This document shows, one piece after another, positions 35,670 to 46,751 of a stretch of 64,000 nt of DNA. The position numbers and the translations under genes are program-made. This DNA comes from Azolla caroliniana (taxonomy: Eukaryota > Plantae > Polypodiophyta). The stretch lies in NCBI GenBank assembly GCA_043228905.1, contig JBHGNT010000001.1:9610001-9674000 (forward strand), in the 5' to 3' direction. The stretch's first letter is position 1, and every line of letters starts with the position of its first letter. A model generated the notes under the pieces. That model had not been told where the DNA came from, searched no databases, and worked only from the letters and a program-made list of their open reading frames with translations.

Positions 35670-36970
35670 TTTATTATCGTCTTTGGAAGTCAAATATGAC
35701 CTATGAGACCAAAAATATTACATTTCACGTGATACGTGTGAAAGTGAGTAGCAACTCTCGATGTTCAAGAACTCTACCAATGAATGTTACAATCAAGAGT
35801 GCACATTGTGGTTGTGAGAGAAATTCGTGCAAGGATTGGGCTTGGTCGAAAATGTGTGGAAAGGATGGTCGAATATGATCATAGGCAGAGCATTGTATCA
35901 AAGTTTGATTCGTAAGAAAGCTGACAAAGAGAGCTTTCTTGTATTAAAATTTGGGATAACAAAGCAAACATAGTGATATAATAAAACACCTCACATAATA
36001 ATATGACCTATGAGACCAAAAATATTACATTTCACGTGATACGTGTGAAAGTGAGTAGCAACTCTCAATGTTCAAGAACTCTACCAATGAATGTTACAAT
36101 CAAGACTGCACATTGTGGTTGTGAGAGAAATTCGTGCAAGGATTGGGCTTGGTCGAAAATGTGTGGAAAGGATGGTCGAATATGATCATAGGCAGAGCAT
36201 TGTATCAAAGTTTGATTCGTAAGAAAGCTGACAAAGAGAGCTTTCTTGTATTAAAAATTGGGATAACAAAGCAAACATAGTGATATAATAAAACACCTCA
36301 CATAATAATATGACCTATGAGACCAAAAATATTACATTTCACGTGATACGCGTGAAAGTGAGTAGCAACTCTCGATGTTCAAGAACTCTACCAATGGATG
36401 TTACAATCAAGAGTGCACATTGTGGTTGTGAGAGAAATTCGTGCAAGGATTGGGCTTGGTCGAAAATGTGTGGAAAGGATGGTCGAATATGATCATAGGC
36501 AGAGCATTGTATCAAAGTTTGATTCGTAAGAAAGCTGACAAAGAGAGCTTTCTTGTATTAAAATTTGGGATAACAAAGCAAACATTGTGATATAATAAAA
36601 TTAGTGTCATTGAGATTAAGGTAGTTCTTTGGGGTTGTTACTTTTGGAGTCGAAGAAGATGGTATTGTTTTCCTAATAGTGTATTAAAGTATTCCTTTCT
36701 CTTCCTCTTCTTTTCTCTATCTTTTTCTATATCTCTCCATCGCACACTATGGACTATTTACAAATATGACCAGTCATAGGCACTCCACCATGGGAGGTTG
36801 TGCTACCAATTCAACTCGGATAGCTAGTGTGCATGGGGAGGCTTTAGGACCATATGGTTGCACCATACATGAGGGCAAAAGGGACCACAATGTCAAATAA
36901 CCATGCTTTGGCACAGGGTCTCTTGGAAGACTGCTTTGTGGCACAATCATATGAGTCCATGTAAATCCTC
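35628..36970 (-). mobile_element. Second RTE-like LINE fragment (C) with AATAAA and a (TC)n tail; 3' end triplicated
   Basis: AKAWLFDIVVPFALMYGATIW is homologous to LINE B. The repeat unit translates as TLIQCSAYDHIRPSFPHIF...RVLEHRE, a LINE C-terminus. The minus strand reads AATAAACTA(TC)n at ~35675-35628. Confidence 0.8.
35693..36600 (-). repeat. 307-bp tandem repeat x3 (x2 at 41707-42307)
   Basis: AATATGACCTATGAGACC starts at 35693, 36000 and 36307, and at 41707 and 42014. Confidence 0.97.
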
Positions 36971-36971
36971 G

Positions 36972-39481
36972 AATGGATGGAAGGAATGAAACATTTTAGT
37001 ACTGAAAATAAAAAAATGGATGGAAGGAACCTCCAATGGTGGAGGGAGCATTGGATATGCCGCCTCGATTTGGTGGAAGGAGGCTCGATTTGATGGAAGG
37101 AACCTCCAATGGCAATCCAATTTCCTTCAAGGCTCGTGTAGTTGCTTGAGGATTTTCTCAAGTAACATGTATTGATTTTCAAGATACATTTAGTCCAACG
37201 ATAAAAATATGTGGGTTTGGAATGCTCGTTGCTCTTGCCGTGCAACATGATCTAGAATTCCATCACTTGGATGTACAAACGGCTTTTCTTCATGGAGATT
37301 TAGATGAAGAACTTTATCTACAATAACCACAATGTTATGAAGATCCAAGTCATCCGACACATGTTTGTCGGCTTCGTAAATCTATGTACGGCCTTAAGCA
37401 ATCTCCACGCATATGGTATCACAAACTACACTCTTTTCTTATAAAAGTTGGATATCATCTTCTAAACAATGAGCCAAATATCTATGTTAGAAAAGCCAAC
37501 TCCAATTTTGTTATCATAGGTGTCTATGTCGATGATTTGCCCTTGATCTCTAACTCTAAATCTTATCTAACTATTGCAAAGAAGGAACTTGCATGTCTTT
37601 CCTATCACTAATTTAGGCCCTATGACCCATTTTCTAGGCATCAAAATAACGCAAAATACTATCTCATTATCACAATCAAATTATATTAATTCTATCCTCC
37701 AAAGATTTGATATGCTCCATAGTAAGCCTATTAGTACACCTCTTACCTCTCCATGTAAACTTTCAAATGATGATTCTCCCAAAAAGGAACGAGAAATTTC
37801 CAAAATGAAGGATGTACCCTATAAACAAATCCTTGGGTGTATAAGATATCTAGTAAGTTGCACACCTCTTTTGCTTTGCCGCCGGTTTTCTTTCTCGTTT
37901 TATGGCTAATCCAGGACCAAAGCATTGGATCGCGCTCAAAAGATTACTACGATACGTGAAGCGTACTCAACATTATGCGTTGGCTTACTCCGCCACAAAA
38001 TCTGAGTCAACCACACTTGTGCAAGGATGGAAAAATCCCTCTAGCCAACTAATTGGTTGGTCAGACTCGGATTGGGGGGGGGGATGTGGATGATCGCAAG
38101 TCAACAGGTGGATATGTTTACACACTAGCTGGCGTTGCAATTTCGTGGAAGTCAAGGAAACAAACTACCGTAGCATTGTCATCCACCGAAGCTGAATATG
38201 TTGCCGCGGCTTTAGCGGCTAAGGCATATGGATTAAAGCTATGCTCGAAGAATTTAAACTATTTACTATTCCAACAGTGAATTTGTTTTGCGATAATCAA
38301 TCTTGCATCAAGTTAGCCAACAATCCGAAGATGAGTAACAATATACGTCATGTGGACTTAAAACATCATTTTCTTCGCGATCTCATTGAAACAAAGAAGA
38401 TAGATTTAAAGTTTACTCCCTCTCATCAAATGTGGGATAATTTTCTAACGAAACTTCTCCAAGATTCTAAGCACATTATTTGTTGCAAGCAAGTTGGATT
38501 AATTGATGTAATCAAGAGTGGAATGAGTATATTTGAGATTGCATACAGATTTGGTTGCTGGATCGCTAATATCGGATTCGAACGATCTGTCGTTGTAATT
38601 GTATACTCTGTGCGTTATTTGGACAAATCTTATTTCGCAAATGTTGTTTCTTTTATAATTTTGGTGCATAGCACTGCATCCCATTTCTATAGTCTTTACA
38701 TGGTTCCAACACAAACAAAAAAAAGAAAACGAAAAAAAGAAACTGACACAACTTAATGGCTCATGACACAGGCTTAAACTGTACACAACATGGGAATTTT
38801 CTTAATTAGTAATGATGGTATGGATAAAATACAGTGGGAAAACCATTGTTCTGATATTCTTAATGATCTCTGGGAAGGGGTAAATCAAGGCTATTATTAT
38901 TGAAATCACGACGGGTGGGTATATGTGCGATATGGAGAGTGCAACTTATTGATCCTGACCATATACATACATACATACATGTATGTATTATGTACTACTA
39001 CTACTCAATCCATCATTATTCTTCATTCATAACAACCAACGAAATGGCGGCTCAACAGTATATAGTGCAAGAAACACAGACAGTATTCATAATAATGGTG
39101 ATGATGGAGAGGACTAAATCTGACTACAGGCTGAAGCTCACAGAGGTGAAGTGTAGGAGGGCCCCCCTGCGGCCTTCCGAAGATTTCTTTGCAATGAAGA
39201 TAGCCTAATATCTCATACATGAAAAGAAACAAGCTACAACTACCATACCAAACCCCTCAAACATCAAATCCAACAAACAATATCATCAACTAGTACTTTT
39301 AAATAGGGTCCGCTAGCTTCCTAAATACTCGAAGTCATAATTGACAAAATGCTCATCGAACATCTTCTGTGAATATTCACATCACTAGACGCTCAACCAC
39401 ATATTTCCCCTTTAACTAATGACTCATCTCTAATAAAAAAACAATCATTACAAGGAGAGCCATATGCTCCAATTACAAATA
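36972..39481. pseudogene. Serially deleted third copy of the FRO locus: Sola2 subterminal piece, Copia RT/RNase H, FRO 3' flank with the last 20 codons, FRO upstream flank
   Basis: 36972-37112 matches ~10122-10330. 37108-39186 matches 13051-14674 and retains the RNase H (KSTGGY..SSTEAEY) that copy 1 lacks. 39190-39481 matches 19212-19503. Confidence 0.9.
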
Positions 39482-41645
39482 ACCGTTCTGAATCTCAAGT
39501 TGGTGAGATGATATTCTAAGTTGTCCAATGGCAACCCTTATTGCATGTGGTAAGAATACATCTAGATATTTTGGCCGCATAATAAAACCTAACTTAGAGA
39601 AGTGCATGAAGTGTTTCTTATAGTACAACATTTTAGATGGGAGTTGCTCTAGTGAGGTGATCCATTTATACCAAGTGTAAATTTGCCATATTTCTTGGTG
39701 TATTACTTTATTGTGGTTCTCATGATAGATTAAAGTGTTATCAATCGCGTGGTTGTAGGTAAGGGGAGGGAGGTTATTAATGTCTAGACCATTCGCAAGA
39801 AGCCAACTTACCATTATGCCATACCATGAGCTAGTATAACTGGACACATACAGTCATCGAGAGGCCTTAAAGACTTGATGGGATATTCTATCATGTGGTT
39901 GACTATGTATCCTGTGGATAAAGACTACAAGTTGAAAAAGTGCATGTACTAGCATCGGGGGTAAAGTGAACTCAGCCCTAATAATGTCATGTGGTACTGT
40001 CGATTTGTTTCGGAGTTGGCGTGATAACATTATCACCAATGGTCCCTCTAATTGCGTCCACATGAAGGATGGTAGTCCTAGAGCCCAAACCACTGATGCA
40101 TACATGCAGGAGGGAGTCACTAATGAGTCAAAGAGCCACCCTTTAGTCTGTGGCTCTTGAAAGTATGCTTGATGGCATTGTCTCTCAAGGAGTGAGAGGG
40201 ATGCATGTCCTCTCGTAAGTCTATCCCCCACGGCTTGTGTCATCAAAAATTTCCCTGAGATAGACATATGATCCAACCACCTCCACTAGGCTATGGGAGA
40301 TAGTTAGGTGACACTTAGCTCTACCTTGGCCCGATGTGTGGAAGATAAAGACTTTAGTTTTCCCTACATTCATTGCCAATTCTCGTTGTGTGCAAAAGTC
40401 ATCTAACGCATTAAGGTGCCTTTGTAGGTCGTGTTCGGATTCAGAGAGCAAAATTAGGTCGTCTGCATAGAGCAAGATACGAACTTGCGTATTGCCAAGG
40501 ACTACATCATTGCCTCCCTTACGAGCAATAAAATATGTAATCTCATCAATGTAGATCCCAAAAAGAGAGTCAGAGATAGGGGGAGCCTTGTTTTACACCA
40601 ATAGTACTATTGAAACAATTGGATAAGCCACCTGGGCATCGAACACATCTGGACACTTGTTCATATAGTGCGTAGATGGCCCAAACCATGTCATCTCGTA
40701 TCCTTAAGCTTTTAAGCCTATCAAACAAACACTCTGTAGGGACCTTGTCAAAGGCTTTGCGGAAGTCCACAAAACAGCAATATAATTTCTTCTTGCGAGT
40801 GTTAGTTTGGTCAATTAAGCATCTAAGTGTGAAGATATGATCAATAGTGGAGAAGGCTTGTCTAAAGCCAGCCTGTTCAGGTGTGCGAAGATTTAGGGTG
40901 TCCATATAATGGCTAAACTCTACCTCCATTACTGCACCATATAATTTAGCAAGGGTATGACCTATCATAATGCTCCTACATGTATTTGGGTCCATGGCGT
41001 CCCCCCTGCTTTATGTATGGGGGCCATTGTGTTCATAGTCCATTGTGTTGGAAAATCCTCCGCGAGGGCACGATTGAAAATTACAGTTAGCAAGGGAGTT
41101 AGGCCTTCTCTCACATATATGATGTGTTCTGCTCGTAATCCTGTGTGGTCCATGGAATTCCTATGTTGTAATTTCTTTATGACCTTCGCGATCCTAGAGG
41201 TTGTCAAAAGTGTCCCCACAGTAGGTCGGGGTGTAGAAGGCCTTGGAATGGGTGGTTGGTTTTGGATTTGGTAAAGTCTCTTTGTATATGTGTGCCAGGT
41301 TTAAGGATCTTCGATGGGTGTTTCTGGTCTTGGTTCCCGTAATCTCTTCCTTGCAGTGCCGCAATCACTACTCATGAGCATATGGTAGAGTTCCCAATAT
41401 TGGGATGCCTCCCATTCTACGCCGTGTCATCTTATGCATTTCTTTGCGAGCTTGTACTAAAGTAATACTACCACTTAGTTGCAATATTGTAAGTTGGCTA
41501 TGTAAGTTCCTACAATCCTCATCCTACCATCTATTTTGTGGCATAGATCCTAATCTACCTTGATTGGACTGTTTCGTATATGGGAAACTGTTAACTGTTA
41601 CAGAGTGAAGGATGTGTATGAGTTTCGTTCTAAGGCTCTCTCAAG

Positions 41646-41686
<41 letters not shown>

Positions 41687-42677
41687 ATTATCGTCTTTGG
41701 AGGTCAAATATGACCTATGAGACCAAAATTATTACATTTCACGTGATACGTGTGAAAGTGAGTAGCAACTCTCGATGTTCAAAAACTCTACCAATGAATG
41801 TTACAATCAAGAGTGCACATTGTGGTTGTGAGAGAAATTCGTGCAAGGATTGGGCTTGGTCGAAAATGTGTGGAAAGGATTGTTGAATATGATCATAGGC
41901 AGAGCCTTGTATCAAAGTTTGATTCGTAAGAAAGCTGACAAAGAGATCTTTCTTGTATTAAAATTTGGGATAACAAAGCAAACATAGTGATATAATAAAA
42001 CACCTCACATAATAATATGACCTATGAGACCAAAAATATTACATTTTACGTGATACGTGTGAATGTGAGTAGCAACTCTTGATGTTCAAGAACTCTACCA
42101 ATGAATGTTACAATTAAGAGTGCACATTGTGGTTGTGAGAGAAATTCGTGCAAGGATTGGGCTTGGTCGAAAATGTGTGGAAAGGATGGTCGAATATGAT
42201 CATAGGCAGAGCATTGTATCAAAGTTTGATTCGTAAGAAAGCTGACAAAGAGAACTTTCTTGTATTAAAATTTGGGATAAGAAAGCAAACATTGTGATAT
42301 AATAAAATTAGTGTCATTGAGATTAAGGTAGTTCTTTGGGGTTGTTACTTTTGGAGTCGAAGAAGATGGTATTGTTTTCCTAATAGTGTATTAAAGTATT
42401 CCTTTCTCTTCCTCTTCTTTTCTCTATCTTTTTCTATATCTCTCCATCGCATACTATGGACTATTTACAAATATGACCAGTGATAGGCACTCCACCATGG
42501 AAGGTTGTGCTACCAATTCAACTCGGATAGCTAGTGTGCATGGGGAGGCTTTAGGACCATATGGTTGCACCATACATGAGGGCAAAAAGGACCACAATGT
42601 CAAATAACCATGCTTTGGCACAGGGTCTCTTGGAAGACTTCTTTGTAGCACAATCATATGAGTCCATGTAAATCCTC
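39482..42677 (-). mobile_element. Diverged duplicate of the LINE B + LINE C block (33737-36970)
   Basis: Near-identical ORFs (39854-40276 vs 34109-34531; 40221-40475 vs 34476-34730). It keeps the EQAGFR region deleted in the first copy. Confidence 0.93.
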
Positions 42678-42967
42678 ATGGTCTCTTAGTCAATAATAAA
42701 TGAGCGCATATGGATACTCACGGTCTCTTGGTCTTGAGTTCTTTGTAGTTTCCTTTTTGTGTTTTCAAAAAAAACAGAGATGATAATGTAATCTTACAAT
42801 GATTATGCTTTTATAATCCTCTCTGTCCAATCAATCATGGTTATGCATTAACCATAATTTCTTACATGATTACAACATGGAAGCTCCCTACACCTTAGAG
42901 TTTTCTAAAATAAGTATATACTAATGTACTTCAGTTGTAAACATTCTATAGGGTATAACGTATACAT

Positions 42968-44400
42968 TGACGAGAACTGCACGCTCCCTATACGCAACGC
43001 TCGGCCACAACCGAGCTTAGAATCATACACAGAAAATGGGAAACGGAAAACTCACGACACAAAGGAGAGGAAAATGTACACAGGGTGTTTAACGTGGAAA
43101 ACCCAAACTAAGGGAAAAAAACCACGGCAGCCCACAGGCTGCAAACTATCACTATGTTAGAATGTACAATAGTGAGTTCACGGAGGCAACGACCTCGTGC
43201 TCACGATCTTCGCCACAGGCGGCGGTTACAATCAGAGGCAACGACCTCTTTCTCTCTCACTCTCACTCTCTGTACATTGTTACGCACTTTTGGTCTCGCA
43301 TAGACAAGAATAACAACAACCACAACAACTATAACAAAAGGTTTGCCCTAAGTCATATTTATACTAATATGACTTTTCGGCTATTTACTGATATAGCCTC
43401 GATGGACTCCCAGAAACATATTTACGAATATGTCTCTTCATCCGGTGAGCATTCCTCATCAGGTTTGCACCATCCGGCTCTCCGTAGCCGGGTACTCCTC
43501 AGCCGGTTCTCACCGGGTCTGCACCATTCGGCTCTCCGTAGCCGGGTACTCCTCATCCGGTTCTCATCGGGTCTGCACCATCCGGCTCTCCGAAGCCGGG
43601 TGCTCCTCATCTGGTTCTCACCGGGTTTGCACCATCCGGCTCTCCGTAGCCGGGTACTCCTCATCCGGTTCTCACCGGGTCTGCACCATCCGGCTCTCCG
43701 AAGCCGGGTGCTCCTCATCCGGTTCTCACCGGGTCTGCACCATCCAGCTCTCCGTAGCCGGGTACTCCTCATCCGGTTCTCGGCCTCGACCGAGTTTGTT
43801 CATTGGCATTGTTCTTCTCTCTTCCCATCCGGAGGGACCTGTCTCTCAACAAACTCGCCCTTCACTCCGGCATGGGGTGTCTCACTAGTCTGATCCGCTT
43901 CCAGCATGCATCCAGCTTGTCGGGTATCAACACTTTGGTCAGCATATCTGACCCGTTCTCGGCCGTGTGGATCTTCGTCAGCGCGAACTCCTGGTCATCT
44001 ATTCTTTCCCGGATCCAGTGATACCTTCGCTAGATATGCTTCGTCCGGGAATGGTAGGCCGCATTCTTAGCAAGGTGGATGGCACTTTGACTGTCACAAT
44101 AGAGTCGGTATTCATCTTGCCGAATACCGAGCTCTCCGATGAAGTCCTTCATCCATAATATTTCCTTGCCGGCTTCCACAACCGCCATGTACTCCGCCTC
44201 CGTGGTTGACAATGCAACCGTCTTCTGCAGCGACGACTGCCACGAAACAGCTCCCCCTGCATATGTCATTACATACCCGGATGTAGACCGGCTGGTATCC
44301 ACATCAGCCGACATGTCAGAATCGGTGAAACCGTCAAGTTGAGGTTTTCCGGAGCCGAATCGGAGACACATATTTGAAGTGCCCTTCAAATACCGAATCA
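42968..44400 (-). mobile_element. Copia (Tnt1-like) 3' part: RNase H, PPT and 3' LTR (42968-43851) containing a 54-bp tandem repeat
   Basis: FTDSDM..RSTSGY..WQS..ALSTTEAEY..CDSQSAIHLAKN..HSRTKHI. PPT TGAAGGGCGAG on the minus strand and TG..CA LTR ends. About six 54-bp units at 43462-43781. Confidence 0.9.
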
Positions 44401-44814
44401 TTTTCTTCGTGATCTCATTGAAACAAAGAAGATAGAGTTAAAGTTTACTCCCTCTCATCAAATGTGGGCTAATTTTCTAACGAAACCTCTTCAACATTCT
44501 AAGCACATTATTTGTTGCAAGCAAGTTGGATTAATTGATGTAATCAAGAGTGGAATGAGTATATTTGAGCTTGCATACAGATTTGCTTGCTGGATCGCTA
44601 ATATCGGATTCGAATGCTCTATCGTTGTAATTGTATACTCTGTGCTTTATTTGAACAAATTGTATTTCGCAAATGTTGTTTCTTTTATAATTTTGTTGCA
44701 TAGCACTGCAGCCCATTTCTGTAGTCTTTACATGGTTCCAGCACAACTGACACAACTTAATGGCTCACGACACAGGCTTAAACTGTACACAGCACGTGAA
44801 TTTTCTTAATTAGT
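44399..44814 (+). repeat. Fourth fragment of the Copia RNase H end / FRO 3' flank segment
   Basis: Matches 38366-38810 and 14011-14293 with scattered substitutions. Confidence 0.9.
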
Positions 44815-46145
44815 TCTGGTTAGAGTTGAAGTTTTTGTGTGATTGTGTCGATGGATAAAATGTTTCGTGAGGTTCTTCCATGCCCCGTTTTATTATCTTC
44901 ACATCTGTGACATAGCCAATCATATGGTCATAGTATACTTTACATGGCTCACTAGACCATATGATGTAGCATATGGTCTAGTATACATTATGTGGCTCCC
45001 AAGCATATGGTCTAGCAAGGCAACGCATTAGATGGATCACTCCTTGCTTCCATTCACAATTATATGTATTGATAATGGCAAACATGTTTTGACGATCATC
45101 TTCAGTATATCCCCAATATCCTTGCCCCAAAAGGTATCGATGGATCTTGTATATCCATGATGCAAAAGTGTTGTGGTATGGAAACTTCTATCCTTGAAGA
45201 AAGCTACCCATTTGTTGATTCGTGCAATTCTTTTAGTGTGATAGTGGTTTCTTCTTCTCTTCTTGTTGGCTTCTTCCTTGTTTCACAACACGCGAACAAT
45301 AGAGCACTAGCTCTTCCACGCACAAGCGACAATGGCATGCTATGATTGCAATAGTCAACTGTAGGAGTGCATGTGAGCCAAATTCTTTCCATGAAAACCA
45401 CAAAAGACCGAGCAGTGTTGTGTCGCCCATTACACACATCGTGAATTCCATGTAAACCAAGGATAGATTTCAAATGCAAATGAGTCGCCAAGTCATGTAA
45501 GCGTTCAAGCAATAGTTGATTGTAGGTTAATTACCTAATTATTAACAAATGGCTTCATGAAAACCACAAAAGACCGAGTGGTGTTGTGTTGCCCATGACA
45601 CACATTGTGAATTGCATGTAAACCAAGGATAGATTTCAAGTGTGAATGAGCGGCCAAGTCATGTAAGTGTTGGCATGTGTTGAAGACTTATTTCAATGCT
45701 TTGAGGCTAGTGTTCATGCTAAGACAACTGGACCAAGGGAATTTGAACATATTACGGTTGTCGAGGATGAATGTGTGACCAAGTATACAAAGGAACCACT
45801 CCTTGCAAACTCAAGATTGGGATAATTTTTGCCTTGGTTAGTAACTATTTTTTTTGCATGTTCAAGGCATTGATAGTGAAGAGTTTGGAGGTTGGAAGGT
45901 CATTGGTTTGACACAACATCAATGTGACATATTGTTCTACAGAAGTGACATATTATGATTCCGAGAAAGTTGTAATGTGAGATTAAAATTTGAAACTGTG
46001 ACCATGGGTATGATGTGGAGTATATAACTAACTGAGAGTACGAGGGCAAAGAAAGACTTACCACAAAGCCGATATAGGTAGCTCTAATACGAGAGAGATT
46101 TTAGATATAGATGGTCATTAGGTTTCACATGAGTTTCATGTGAGT

Positions 46146-46750
46146 GTGGTGTCCCTAAAGAGTCCCAACCAGACCATGGTTCCGAAGTGAGTCAAGACGG
46201 ACTCAAGAAGCCCCAAAACGTATTGGGACAAGGCGTCAGGATCGAGGTTGGCATGAACATGAGGAGTTGGGAAACAAGAAGGGAACCACTCCCAATGGTG
46301 GTCCCAGTCCCAATACTAAAGAAGGGGTTCGACCCTTGGGTTGGGACTTAGAAAATACCCAGTCCTAGACCTTGCCACAAAAACAACAACGTCGCAGTGA
46401 CCAACCACAGGGGAGCCTAAAAGCCACCTCTTGGCCTAATGGTCAAGGCAGCCCAAAAAGCCATCTCTTGGCCTAACACTAAGGGACTCCACCAGCCACC
46501 CCTTGGTCTATATATGGAGGAGTTTCTCCTCATTTTTGATAATTCCCTTCCAATTAATTTTAGACTCCTCTTCCGAGTCTCTCACTCTGTAATCCTCGTT
46601 CCCTTGCAATTAATTACTTTAGTTTGAGTGTTTTTATGAGTGAGCATAGCAATGGAGCAGAACATTAGGGTTAGGGTATGGTTGTGGAATTGACATGTAA
46701 AGTGAAGGGAGGTATGCTGGAAAGTAGTGGAATGCTGTAACATATTGAGT
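46146..46750 (+). mobile_element. Possible truncated LTR fragment
   Basis: TGTGGTG start, a TATA motif (ctatatatgg, ~46508) and a pyrimidine-rich U5-like stretch. No partner LTR, PBS or TSD seen. Confidence 0.3.
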
Positions 46751-46751
46751 T

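Noticed and set aside
35696-36492. Three tandem 60-aa Cys-rich peptide genes (MTYETK...)
   Set aside because: These are antisense readings of a repeated LINE 3' end; the minus strand gives the LINE C-terminus.
43162-43893. 243-aa repeat protein
   Set aside because: It arises from the 54-bp LTR array, which is open in several frames.
44815-46145. Short ORFs and a ~115-bp local duplication (45389-45500 vs 45556-45667)
   Set aside because: No identifiable domain; probably decayed TE sequence that I cannot support further.
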